Of a stretch of DNA of 64,000 nucleotides, positions 39,001-52,372 are shown in pieces. The position numbers were made by a program, and so were the translations under genes. Source of the DNA: Eledone cirrhosa (Eukaryota); assembly GCA_964016885.1 (NCBI GenBank), contig OZ024740.1:408270001-408334000 (forward strand). Direction: 5' to 3'. The stretch's first letter is position 1. Each line of letters opens with the position of its first letter. The notes under the pieces were generated by a model. The model saw only the letters and a program-made list of their open reading frames with translations, searched no databases and was not told the origin of the DNA.

Positions 39001-39796
39001 TTCAAACCAACCCACTGTTTCGAAAATATTCTTACTTCATATATATATATATATACATATATACATATGTATATATATATATATATACATATATACATAT
39101 GTATATATATATTATAAGTATGGAAGTTCAAAACCATGGGCTGCAAACACCCATGCACTCATCTGTTTGCAAGCTCTAGTATCCCTGGTCTTAAATTAAA
39201 ATCTTCAAACATAATTTTATATGGTAACATTATATGTTACAAATACCATCTTAATGAAATAAATTTAGAAAATCATTTCCAAATTCTTCATTAATTTATT
39301 TAAATACAAAGTATTCTGATTTTTAAAAAATGCATATAAAAGGGATGTGTGCGTGTATATTAAATTGTGCTCTAATTTGAACATCTACAGTACAGAAGTA
39401 ACAAAGACAGTGTAAATGTGCGCATAAATATAGACATGGTACATATCAAAATGTAAACATGTCAAGTTGATATACTGTTTTTATTATACTTTTATATAAC
39501 TATATTATGAATATCCTTCATTGATTTATTACCATTATTGTAGCCTCATTGGAGAAATATCTCCATCAGATATGTAACTAGCTTCTCTACCAATTGCTTC
39601 TTCACCATACAACAACAATGTTATGTGTGTCCAATTTAGAAAATGTATACCATATCTTTGCATGTCATTTGAGGCAACTAAAAGCATTGACATGAGGAAG
39701 GGCATTCAGATGTAAAACATTACCTTCAAAAGAACTCCATGTTGTGAGGCTCACAAGGCTAACCCATATTTTAGTGAGGAAAGTGGTCTTACAATT

Positions 39797-40385
39797 CTTG
39801 TAAACCTGATCATCAAACGGACCCTGGCTCAGGTAAATATCCCCACAGTTTTGGAGCCAGCTGGTTTATCCAGAAGTAATGGGAAGAGACCAGACGGTCT
39901 TACCCTTTTTTCCTGGGTGAGAGGTAGATGTCTCATCTGGCAGGTCACTGTCAGTGACTCTTTTGCTCCCTCCCACATCATGGACGCTACAGTGAATGTG
40001 GGAGTCACTGTTGCCGTTGCAGAACAGAACAAAATTCGGAATACCTGGATCTATCTAATAATTATTTTTTGCAGCCTGTGGCGTTCGAGACGTTTGGTGG
40101 AGGCCACTGACAGTGAAGTTCTTGTCATCACTGGCGGCTTGCATTTCTGGGATATCAGGTGATGCCTGAGACGGTGCATGGTTATTTCAGCGCCTTAACC
40201 TCACCATCAACCGTGGTAATGCTGCGAGTGTGTTGGCTTGCCTCAAAGTGTGTAGTTAACCCCGAAGGTGAGGCCAATTGTTGCACTTGATGGTGAATTG
40301 CCCCCTCTCTTTTTTCTTTCCTTTATCATTTTTGTTCAATGAATTATATTATTATATTTTTATACACCTTGATAAAATAAAACAT
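39797..40385 (+). mobile_element. CRE-like non-LTR retrotransposon 3' remnant (restriction-like endonuclease, PD-(D/E)xK)
   Basis: LIIKRTLAQVNIPTVLEPAGLSRSNGKRPDGLTLFSWVRGRCLIWQVTVSDSFAPSH...AEQNK...VAFETFG...WLFQRLNLTINRGNAASVL, frameshifted. Confidence 0.85.
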
Positions 40386-41561
40386 ACTCATTTTTCTTGT
40401 GTGTACTAAGGATTATTATAATCTTATTTGAATACACTAATATCATAATTATATTACTTTCTACTTTGACATGTTAAATGGCTTCAGATATAAACATTTA
40501 AGAATTTTTATCTTTATCTGTTATATTAAAACTGTTGAACATTTTGCATAGAAAAGCTGTCACACTGAAAGGGGGATGGTAAGAGTGTGTGAGTGTGAGA
40601 GAGAGTGGTGGCAGCAATACAAAAGTCTTTTTTTTTTATCTCACATATTTATGGAAAAGGGGGTGGTAAGAGTGTGTGAAGTGGGTGATAAGAAAGTGTA
40701 TGTGAATTTAAAATGTCATATTGATCTTCCACACCTGGTAGTTGTTAAATCATGGAAAATCCACAGGGCCAGCTAGTACTGAATAAATATTATATTTCAT
40801 CAAACATCGCCTGAACCATCTTATCAGCTGAAACCTTGGCAAGCAAACAGATTTGAAAATTGAAATGATTTGGGAATCAAAGAAAACATATATTAACTTA
40901 CCAAAAGAAATAAGTGTGCTTTTAAATTAAAAAGAAAATATTATTTTTTAAATGTATATTTACTTCTAAAACAAATGAGAAACTATATGTATAGATTAAA
41001 ATGTAGGTTATATTACAAAATTGTTTATATTTAGGTTTAAATTAGCTGCCATTAAAACCAGTTGCATTTCAATACTTCTGAGGTTTCAGTTATAAAAATT
41101 ATATCTGTAAAAATTATATCTGTAAAATTAGATATTTTCTTCTGTTTTAAATCAGCTTATCTCTTCTGTTTACTCACCCTGTGCAAATTACAGGTTAATA
41201 TCTACAACTTTGATATCTATCATTTGTTGTCATGGTGTTCCTGCAAATATTATTAGATTTTAAATTTAAATCAACTCGTGTTGTTTTCTACTGTTTCTGT
41301 CAGATCTGTTTATAAAATAAATATTAGCTGAGCTCTATTATATTGATATATGCAAATGTAACACTACAAGCCATAGTTATTTCTTTATTTGCGATATTTT
41401 GGGGTTTTCCTATCATAAGAATCTTTCCCAGAATCATATACAATAATAGTATTTTATAGTAAAATTCCTTTGAAAATCTGAATTTTATTGTTTGATAATA
41501 ATCAAAATTTTTTTAAAAATCATTATTAAAAATCTATATCGAATTGTATTTACTTTTTCAG

Positions 41562-41685
41562 GAATGGTGCTGAAATCAATGGCAACTGAACCAGTGATTT
41601 ATGCTGACATTGCTCCCAAAGGAACACAACTGAAACTTTTACTAGTGCTAAAGGGAGGGCAAAAGGTTCTGTTTAAACCAAAATG
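41562..41685 (+). CDS. FAM20B: Internal exon of a FAM20-family Golgi kinase, most like glycosaminoglycan xylosylkinase FAM20B
   Basis: Translates (G)[40 protein letters not shown](W), matching the FAM20B N-lobe motif AMAT..I..AD...[18 protein letters not shown]. Acceptor TACTTTTTCAG ends at 41561; donor G|GTATGT at 41686. No neighbouring exons recognised in the window. Confidence 0.85.
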
Positions 41686-42327
41686 GTATGTAGGATTTTT
41701 TAATTATATATATGTGTGTGTGTGTACGCGTGCTTATATATATTATTTGTTAAATGTGAAACCTTCCAATTCTAATTAGTGAAACCTTTTCTGTGTAAGG
41801 TTGGTTATTATTAGAGATCAAGCTTTAAATATATTTTGCAAGCTTTCATTGTATATAAAATATATATGAATGTGGTGGGAAATAACAAAGGCAAGTGGCA
41901 TTTATCATGATAGTTCAACGTTTTCTTAGTATGGTTTTCATTTCACATGTTGAATGTTTTGCTGATATTGCATGCAACAACATTGGTTTCATAATATCCT
42001 GTGGCAGACATTTTATGTGTCCTGTAGGAAACATGATTGTCAGTCAATGTAGTTTTACAGAAACTGTAATGACAGTTAGTAATGAGAGTAAGATTAAAAT
42101 TATTGGAGATGGAAGAAGAAATGGACATTGAATATTGTCCTCTTTCTCCTTGTTGCCTGTTATTGGAATCTGTTGGATTATTTGATTGTCAGCTAAATTT
42201 AATATCTCTTGATAAACATCAGCAACATATACAGTCAGGGAAAGTAGCTTTGTTTAACATTTGCTATAATTTTATATTTAGTGTAATATTGTTTCTTTTA
42301 TGAGTCTATCATAAAACATTTACAAAC

Positions 42328-42543
42328 TTAACCCTTTAGCATTTAAACAGGCTGTATCTGGCCAGAATTATCTCACCTCTTTCTGTTCAAACCGGCTGCA
42401 ACTAGTTACTCATACTGAAGTTAAGGTAGTGTTCTCGAAATAAATAATATCAAAATCTTGTAGATTCGATATTATGTGAGATAAAGTGTTTACTGTGAAA
42501 ATACAATAGTAAGTATAGAGTAATGTAAATGCTAAAGGGTTAA
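42328..42543 (+). mobile_element. piggyBac-type MITE
   Basis: TTAA|CCCTTTAGCATTTA ... TAAATGCTAAAGGG|TTAA. Confidence 0.9.
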
Positions 42544-42607
42544 ATAATTTTTCATACACAAAGGTATAACGCATTCCCTAATTTTCATTGTTCTTCTTAT
42601 GGTCTGT

Positions 42608-42783
42608 ATCATCATCATCATCATTTAATGTCCATCTTCCATGCTAGCATGGGTTAGATGGTACTGTTCCACTTGATGCCGGATTGGTCGGGAGACCGTG
42701 TCTCGCTCGTACGGAAGTGTCTCTGGCAGGGTTTTTACAGCGAGATGCCCTTCCTAACACCAACCACATTTACAGTGTGGACT
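42608..42783 (-). mobile_element. RTE-related 3' UTR stub
   Basis: (CAT)n plus ATGCCCTTCCTAACACCAACCACATTTACAG. Other short stubs at 3877-3935(-), 38717-38761(-) and 53086-53147(+). Confidence 0.8.
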
Positions 42784-44529
42784 CTGTATATTAAAAGGAA
42801 TTAGAAGATTTACACTGGAAAAATTTCAACATTAAAAAAAATTATTTTAGATCACCCAATTCATATATTTTCTTGACTTCATATATTTATTTTACAATCT
42901 ACTGCCTTTTCACAGTTTAATCACATAACTGTAAAGTATGAGTTGTGTTCAGTATTCAGTTTGGTTAAATAAAGAAATTTGTTTTTGTTTGTTTGTCAGA
43001 AGTAAGTACCCATTGTATTCCTTGGATGATCAGAGCATTGGATAAAATGCTTTGCAGCATTTAGTTTATATTCTGAGTTCAAATCCCACTGAGGGCAACT
43101 TTGATTTTCATCCTTCCGAGGCCAATAAAATAAAGTACCATTTAAGTACTGGAGTCAATATAATCGACTTTTTCCTCCACTACTGGCCTTGTGGCTAAAT
43201 TTAAAACAATTGTTAGGAATAATTATAGGAACCTCTATGCAGTTAGTTTGAACATTTGTAAGTTAATGATTGAAAGGAAAACATTGATAGAAAGGCATCA
43301 TTTTACATCTACTGTTCATGCTAACGTGGGTTAGATGGATCATTAGGGTCCAAGTCAGTTCTTATTCAGAGTTACTGCCTTCCTAAAGGTGTTGGGGGAA
43401 CATATCATGCTTGTACATTCCACACAGGGTTTCTATGTTTCCTAAAACAACCTCTTTACAGTGTATAGTGGATGCATTTTATAGTGGCACCAGCACTAGA
43501 GTTGTCAGTCTTTGACAAGACTGAAGAATCCTTGCTAATGTACACTGTCTCTGTTCAACCACTGACCACTTTATATAATGTACTTGGTACATTTCATTGT
43601 AGCACCAGCACTAGAGTGGTTGTTAGGTCTATGATAAATCTGAAGAGTCATTTCCGCCCTATGTTGTTTTGGTTTGACCATAACTCATTTTAAATTGTTT
43701 TGTCCTCTGCAAAACTAAAGGTACTTCTATGTTCTCTTAAGTCAAACATCACTGAGAGGGAGATTGAAGAGGAGTGATGACCAACAGCTGAAAGAGGAGG
43801 GAGTAGGGTTTGAGTGTGGAGGGAGAGAAATTTACATGTAGAAAATGGTAAGGAAAATTGTTTCATATGTGGAATAAGTGAGTATGGATATAGGTGGGAC
43901 TCAGATTGAAGGTGTATCACTAGTTGCAGAGTTATTGTAGAGGAAATATTTGCCTATCAGTCAGATGGCCATTTTAATGGATATGGTGTCAGTATGTGAG
44001 CAGTATGTAAATATAGATCGTACTTGTGGTAGAATTATGTTGTGTCACTAAAATATACAATCAGGATGAAGCAATTTTGTCATCATCATCATCATCATGT
44101 TCAGGCTTAACAATAATCGAAAATTGAATACTGAGAAAGTCAATTAGGAGATTTGAACTCTTGACCTTTAAAGCTATTTTTTCACATAACAAACATTAAG
44201 ATAATAATAGTTGATCACTATAAATTGTGTACTTGCATTAGGATGCTCATATTTTAATTTTCAAATTTTTCTAATGCTTCTTATGCCAACCATTGTAAAC
44301 ACTAAGACATTCCTTATCTTGTGGACCATTTTCATTTTACTGTTTTCAATTTATGATTGATAACATTTTCAAATTTGAGCATTTACATATTGTTAAAAAG
44401 CTTCACCTCTATCTTTCCTATGTTAACCATTTAACCATGAATTTTTTTTTTACATACAGAATAAATAATTTATTAATAATAAAAAAAAAAATCATAAGCA
44501 AATCTATTTCAAATAACAACAACACTACA

Positions 44530-44684
44530 GATATTTAAAAACTGAAAATGAAGAGAAGAGCAAGGGTTCTGGGGTGACAGAAGAATGGGAGGGGGAAGTG
44601 GAGGGTGATGGACTCTAGGATGTGGCGGTGCTGGGCTTGTATCCTGTGGACAAGACTGCAAAAGCATTTCCGCAGACAATGGCC
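44530..44684 (-). mobile_element. CRE-like element extreme 3' end
   Basis: Minus strand AIVCGNAFAVLSTGYKPSTATS* (AI.RGNA..VL motif); UTR similar to 1870-1960. Confidence 0.6.
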
Positions 44685-45096
44685 TATACCCAGAAACTGT
44701 CAAGACAATGAGAGAACTTCAATGCAGTCACTTAACCTACTAGAGACAGCAGCCAAATCCCATCTTAAAGAAAGAAGGATGCCTTAAGCAATATCGTATC
44801 TGATATACAAAATCTATGTTGTAGTCACATCTGGAACACCTTTGATTGTAATTCTGCTCATAGAAATTGTTATTAGCTATACAAAAGAAAACTAAGAGTA
44901 GCATATCTTTCTCCAAGTCCACTGACTAGACAGTCAGTTGTCCTCCATTTTAATTAAAATTCTTTTGTGAATTTACTTTCACTTATTCAAGAATTACATG
45001 CAAACTACTTCAGGATGTTGTGTCTCTCCATCAGTTATCAATGAAAACCATGACATTTACTACATCAACAGCTGTTTTAAGGACCAGAGTATCATT

Positions 45097-45244
45097 AGCA
45101 TGTAAAACTGTAGTAATACAAGCATGTAAAACTGTAGTAATACAAGCATGTAAAACTGTAGTAATACAAGCATGTAAAACTGTAGTAATACAAGCATGTA
45201 AAACTGTAGTAATACAAGCATGTAAAACTGTAGTAATACAAGCA
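45097..45244. repeat. Perfect 24-bp tandem repeat, six copies plus 4 nt (AGCATGTAAAACTGTAGTAATACA)
   Basis: Direct inspection; no spacers. Confidence 0.97.
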
Positions 45245-46257
45245 GAAAAGAAATATATTGTTCATTTCCAAAGTTAACTGCTACATAGTATGTGTAGAAA
45301 ATTCTTCAGCAAATTTCTGAGTATCTGTTGTCATGAAGCAAATTGTTTGCCTTGAATTACTACAAACTCTGGTCAGCTTGCTGCTTTTCTAGCTTGTCTC
45401 CCTCACCATGCTCTGGAGAAATGCCTTCTCTATTCTGTCTGCCAGGGCTGCGGGGTGGCCAGTCTGCCAGGGCCGCAGGGTAGCTAGCACGTTGACCGCC
45501 AATTGCTCATAATAGTTAGAAATGGGGAGAGTGGGAGTCTGGTTCCTTTGTGTTCAGATCTGGTATATATGTATATATTTTACAGACACACACTCACGCA
45601 CCAACTGGCAATGGATATATTTCATTAAAATATAATTTTTTGTTCTGTGGTATTTATTGAGGATATATGTTGTTGAAATTAGTGTTGTGGAGAGTGCTGT
45701 CGATCATGTAGTTGTTGCTGTTGTTGATATTGTTGTTGGCATTGCTGTTGATTAGTTGAACTTTTGTAGACTGGGTTCTATTAAAAGACTTAAAATACAT
45801 TAAATTGACAATCCCAATGTTGATGACCATAATGTTGATATTCATTGAAGCGTTGGATGGTTAGAATGATGGGGATGGTTGTTTGGGTAGTAGTGGTTGT
45901 TGCTGTGGTGATGATAGGTATGATAACAGTTGTGGTTGATGTAGATGATGGCTGTTGAAGTGGTTGACAAAGTTGTTTCTTAGTGCTTTGATTGAACAGA
46001 CTTATCGTCAAAATAGTTCCAGCCAAAATCATTTTATGATATGGAACTATGTTATCCAATGTATCGTTTTATTTTAAAGTCAGTAGAGTGTAATTTAAGG
46101 GGAATTTGGCTACTATTTCTAACAGGGTGAGTAACCATGTAGAGGCCCCCTCATTGGGTTGTAGGTAAAGTATAAGTAGTAATAATGGTGACATTACTAC
46201 AACAATATCATGTTTCCTAGTTTTAGATTGAATTCTTAGACAGAAGACTATATAGTT

Positions 46258-47410
46258 AACTCCATTTTATGTCCTAAATGTAAAGTATGGGTGCATAAAA
46301 GATGTAGTGGGATCACAGGTAAGCTAACTAAGAACATAGATTTTACATGTGGCCGGTGCTCTGGTGCAATAAGTAGCAGCAAGTGCCCACAAACTACTAG
46401 CTCTTTCAATTGCGCAGAGGGTTCTATAGAAATAGTGGACAGCTTCCGTTACCTGGGCGATAAAATCAGCAGTGGGGGAGGGTGCTCTGAAAGTACTGTA
46501 GCTAGAGTCAGAACTGGTTGGAAAAAGTTCAGAGAGCTTATACCACTATTAGCTGCTAAAGGGTTCTCACTAAAAATGAAAGGCAGGTTGTACGATGCCT
46601 GCATACGAACAGCAATGCTGCATGGCAGTGAGACCTGGGCATTGTGTGCAGAGGATATACGCAGACTAGAGAGGAACGAAGCTTGCATGCTCCGCTGGAT
46701 GTGTAACAGTAATATACGTGAACGGCAAAGCATAAACGAACTAAGGAAAAAATTAGAGATAAGAGGGATCAGATGTTGTTTACTCGAGAGAAGGCTACGT
46801 TGGTATGGACACGTGATGCGCATGAAAGTCGATAGCTGTATAACAAAGTGCAGGGCAATAAAGATAGACGGTAGTCACGGAATAGGCAGACCTAGAAAAA
46901 CCTGGGACGAGCTGATAAACTCCGACATCACACACTTACACCTCTCCAAGACAATGTCACTGGACCGAGACCTTTGGCGGTACTCAGTAACAGAGAAGAC
47001 CCGCCTTACCTAAATATATAGTAAAACCTACTCCAGCCAGTAGGCATCTCTAACAAAATACACCCCGTCCCACCACCCCCACCCCCACCCGATCCACACC
47101 ACCCCGTTCTATGTAAAGTTATGTTGGTGCCGCGCCTTCGAGGCCGAAACAAATGAGATCGTGTAGGTGTCACGACAAAAAACACACAGTCCACGCTGTA
47201 ATGTGGCCGTGTAGGCAACACGGTAAAAACCTCCCAGACCCACACTGTAAATGTGGTTGGTGTTAGGAAGGGCATCCAACTGTAGAAAACCTGCCAGACA
47301 GTCCTATGCGAGCAAGACAATCACTCTTGCCTCAAGTGGGACTACCCCCGTCCAAACCCATGCAAGCGTGGAACACGGACGTTAAACGTTGATGATGATG
47401 ATGATGATGA
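46258..47410 (+). mobile_element. RTE-A 3' fragment
   Basis: ORF 46291-47013, full 3' UTR, (GAT)n. Confidence 0.96.
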
Positions 47411-48231
47411 TTGCTATCTTAATTAAAGAAAAATATTTTTTGTTTGTTTGTTTGTTTTTTGTTTTTTTTAACACAAAGGTTAGATATGAATATTGTAAAG
47501 TATATAGTATTTTTCTTTTACAACATAACCATCTCTCTCTCTTTCTCTCTTTTTCTCTTTCTATCTTTAACACATTTCATCTTTATCACACAGATGGGAA
47601 ATAACTTGTTCACAAATAGTTACAGTTTTCATTGAATTGTGAACATCATCATCATCTTATCACCATCGTTCTATCATCAACACTTTCCACTTGTATTGTT
47701 TGTTTTCATATTTTCTTTTCTATGCAGACATACATATAAAGAGTAAGATCTCTATTTTCTGTTCAATTATCCAATGGAAATATTTTTGCAGTCTTAGTGT
47801 TATCAATAAGATTATGCAAAGATATATCGAAATCAATATTTCATTTAGTATAAAAATGTACGTTCCATTTTATCTTCTTTTTTCAGCTGCTCAAATTTCA
47901 TATTTATCTCAAAGTGGTTTAAAACTTTGAATCTCTGTGAACAAAAAATGATTCCAAGTTCAAAGCAGCAAAGCATTCTTTCAATCTCTCTCTCTCTCTT
48001 TCTCCCCTCCCTCTCTCTCCACCACCATCATCATCATCTGTTGCTGATGTCATGATGCCAAGGGTTTGACAAGTTGTCGTTGTCTGAAACCCGACTGGTT
48101 AGGGAATGAAATTTTAGCCATTTATTCCATATTAGGCATGGTTTTTATAGCTGCATGACTTTCCTTATAACAACCACTTTACAGTACATACTGGGTCCAT
48201 TTTAACATGGCACTACAACAACAACTTTACA

Positions 48232-48641
48232 GAAGCCGACCTTACCCAATTACACCTCTCAAAGGCGATGACACATGACCGTGACCTCTGGCGTCACGCA
48301 GTAATACAGAGTACCTGACCTCCCATGGGTACAAGCTGAAGCATATAGACAATATGCGCCCACACTCCCCACTGCAAGGTGGTCGTGGAGGTGCCACGGC
48401 AAAAAAGCACCCAGCCCACACTGTAAAGTGGACGTGTAGGCGCCACGAAAAAGCACCCAGCACTCACTGTAAATGAGGTTGGTGTTAGGAAGGGCATCCA
48501 GCTGTAGAAATCAAGCCAAATCAGTTCCTGTATGAGCAAGGCATGGTCAGCCGACCAGACACTGCCCACAACAGGACAACCCGTCTAACCCATGCTAGCG
48601 TGGAACAACGGACGTAAAACAGTGATGATGATGATGATGAT
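48232..48641 (+). mobile_element. RTE-B 3' fragment
   Basis: Matches 24309-24662. Confidence 0.93.
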
Positions 48642-48676
48642 ATATATATATGTGTGTGTATATATATATATATATA

Positions 48677-51600
48677 TCATCATCATCATCGTCATCGTTT
48701 AACGTCCATCTTCCACGCTTGCATGGGTTTGGACGCAAGAGTGGTTGTCTTGCTCACATAGGAATGTCTGGCGGGTTTTCTACGGCTGGATGCCCTTCCT
48801 AACACCAACCACGTTTACAGTGTGGACTGGGAGGTTTTTACCGTGTTACATACACGGCCACATTACAGCGTGGACTGTGTTTTTTTTGTCGTGACACCTA
48901 CACGACCTCATTTGTTTCGGACTGGATGTTGTGGTACCAACATAACTTTAAATTGAAAGGGGTGGTGTGGATGGAGTGGGGGTAGTGGGACGGGGATGTA
49001 TTTTTGTTAGAGGTGCCTACTGATTGTAGTAAGTTTCACTTTGTACTTAGGTAAGGCGGGTCTTCTATATTACTGTGTAGCGCCAAAGATCGCGGTCCAG
49101 TGACATTGTCTTGGAAAGGTGTAAGTGTGTGAGGTCGAAATTTATCAAGTCGTCCCAGGTTTTTCTGGGTCTGACTACTCCGTGGCTACCGTCTATTTTT
49201 ATTGCCCTGCACTTTTTTATACAGCTGTCGTCTTTCATGCGCATCACGTGACCGTACCAACGTAGTCTTCTCTCGAGTAAACAACATCTGATCCCTCTTA
49301 TTTCTAATTTTTCCCTTAGTTCATTTATGCTTTGTCGTTCACGTATATTACTATTACACATCCAGCGGAGGATGCAAGCTTCGTTTCTCTCTAGTCTGCG
49401 TATATCCTCTGCACACAATGCCCAGGTCTCACTGCCATGCAGCATTGCTGTTCGTATGCAGGCATCATACAGCCTGCCTTTCATTTTTAGAGAGAACCCT
49501 TTAGCGGCCAATAGTGGTATAAGCTCTCTGAACTTTTTCCATCCAGTTCTGACTCTAGCTACTGTACTTTCAGAGCACCCTCCACCACTGCTGATTTTGT
49601 CACCCAGGTAACGGAAGGTGTCCACTATTTCTATAGAACCATCTGCGCAATGGAATGAGCTAGTATTCTGTGGGCACTTGCTGCTACTTATTGCGCCAGA
49701 GCAGCGGCCACATATAAAATCTATATTCTTAGTTAGCTTACCTGTGATCCCACTACATTTTTATGCACCCATACTTTGTATTTGGGACATAAAATGGAGT
49801 TTCTGCCTACTCCTTTCCTACACACTGAGCATGGCCATTTCCCAGATGGGACCGGTGCCCTATTTTCCTTCCTACAAACTAGAACTTTAGTCTTAGACAG
49901 GTTAATTTTAAGGCCTTTTATTTCTAGGCCATGCTTCCATGTTTGGAATTTCTTCGCTAGTTCAGCCATTGATTCATCTATGAGCATTAGATCATCTGCG
50001 TATAGGAGTACCCATGAGCAGCCAGTCTTGAACTACTCTGTTAGAGCCTGAAGGGCAATAATAAATAGTAGGGGGCTAAGAACGGGGCCCTGATGAACAC
50101 CAACTTTTACTCTTCACTATATTCGTTGTTAATTCTAACCTTGCTGACTGTTTCTTTATACATGGCTTGTATAGCTCTCACAAGCCATTCATCAACACCT
50201 AGTTTTCTAAGAGCCCACCAGATAATGGAACGGGGGACTCTGTCGAAGGCTTTCTCCAAGTCGACAAAAGCTAAGTATAGGGGTTTACTTTTTGCTAGGT
50301 ACTTCTCCTGTAGTTGTCGTACAATGAAAAGAGCGTCTGTGGTACTTTTACCTGACACAAACCCGAACTGCATTTCATCTAGATCAATTCGCTCTCTGAT
50401 TAGTTGCGCTATTACTTTTTCTGTGACCTTCATGACCTGGTCAATTAATTTAATGCCTCTATAGTTACCCCTATCTAGGACATCTCCTTTACCCTTGTAG
50501 CAGTTAATGATGATGCTGCTACGCCAGTCCTTCGGAACAACCCCATTCTGTATGACTTAGTTTACTATCCGGGTGACCATGGTGTGTCCCACCGTTCCAG
50601 AAGCTTTCAGCATTTCAGAAACTATTTCTGAAGGCCCAGCCGCCTTACCCGTCTTCATATCTTTGATTGCCTTACTTATTATACTACCTTCGACTAACAC
50701 TGCTGGTCCCTCTATTGGATCGATGTGGGGGAGACTGTCTTTCTCCCATTTATTCTCCTCATTTAGTAGCCTTTCGTAGTGACACTTCCAAGCTACCTTC
50801 TTATCAGCGTCAGTGATGGCAAGTACACCATCATCATTAAGGACACATTTCTCCCCGACAATATCACGGTTTTCCTTGACACATTGCCTAGCAATCCTGA
50901 ACACCTCACGTTTTTGGTCCTTGCGTTGTAGAACATGCTTGAACTTTCTTTCCTCTGCTTCCCTTCTTGCGAAGTACACTTGTCTCCTAGCTTCCCTCCT
51001 GGCCACTTGATAGTCTTCTCTGCTTCCCCCATCCCGCCATACTTTCCAAGCCTGCTTTTTGGCCTTAATTAACTCCTCCACCTTACTGTTCCACCACCAT
51101 GTTACTCTCCTCCTGCCTATAGGCCTGCTCCAGCCACAGACTTCATCTGCCGCCATCAGCAGGTTTGCTTTCAGGAATTCCCACTGTTCCTCTATATTGT
51201 ACGACTCTAATTGCTCTTCCTTACTGTCGAAAGCATCAAGTAATATGCTTTAGAATTTATTTTTGGCTGTGGGGTCCTTTAGCTTCCATATTTTTCTCCT
51301 GAGGATAGTCCTCTTCTGTTGTTTAGTACGTCTCGTCCTGACTATTAGGTCGCTAATTATGAGTCTATGTTGAGAGGTGCATTCTTCATGGGGGAGGGAT
51401 TTAGTGTTAACAACAGACACTCTGTCACGTCTTCTGGTAAGGATATAATCTACCTGGCTGGTATGTTCCCCTGATCTGTAGGTGATCAAGTGATTGTCTC
51501 GTTTTTTGAAGTTAGTGTTGCAGATAGTTAAGTTATTTGCGTCGCAGAATTCCAGGATTCTGGAGCCTTCCTCATTTCTAGTACCAAACCCATAGCCTCC

Positions 51601-52372
51601 ATGGATTTCGTCGTAGCCGTCACAATGTTGTCCAACGTGACCGTTCAGGTCGCCTGCAATAATTATATAGTCACTGTCGGTTATTTGGGAGGTAGTGAGC
51701 ATCAGTGTCTCATAGAATCTGTCTTTTATAGTGCTGGGCAGTCCGGATTGGGGTGCGTACGCGGATATTACTGTCACCGTAGTTCTATTGAGGACAAGTC
51801 TTATTTTAATTATTCCGTCGTTCACTCTATTTACGTCTATTATCTTATCTGCTCACTTTTCTGCTACCATGATTCCTACTCCACCCAGCCCATTGTAGTT
51901 TCCCACCCAGAAAAGCTTATAGCATCGTTTTCTACCCACAATGAATCTAGCAGATCCACCCCTCCACCTGGTCTCTTGGATACAACAAACATCGACCTCC
52001 TTACGTTCAAGCATTTCTACAACCTTGTTAGAGCGACCCTTTAAGGTGCCTACATTCAAGGTACCAAATCTGAAGTTTTGGATTGTGTTTGGGGGGTTGG
52101 AAAGGTGGGGAGCGGGGGGAGATGGGGTTACGTTAGCCATCCGCGGCCGAAACAAAGAGGCATGCTCGCATTCTCGTCCACGAGGTGTGATTGTCTTTAA
52201 CTTTGGCATTGTTGCTGAGCGTCCAGATTTTTCTCTCTTCAACTCCGTAGTCCTTCCATCCTACATATCGAAGGCGACCAGGTAAGCAATAGTATAGGCC
52301 TCTGGCTTATGATTGGTCCACGTAATAATAATGGTGGTGTGTGGGGGCGGGAGGGAGGGGTGTTGAGTTGTT
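48677..52372 (-). mobile_element. Second full-length RTE-A LINE, inactivated
   Basis: Six broken minus-strand ORFs (51853-52242 to 49065-49625) cover APE-RT-PHD-C-terminus. 5' end AACAACTCAACAC is the same as at 7908. Confidence 0.97.

Noticed and set aside
45097-45244. CRISPR-like array, or repeat protein (ACKTVVIQ)n
   Set aside because: No spacers, eukaryotic context; the ORF is a by-product of a 24-bp unit.
45654-46059. Asn/Thr-rich ORFs
   Set aside because: Low-complexity GTT/GAT-rich DNA with no splice or homology support.
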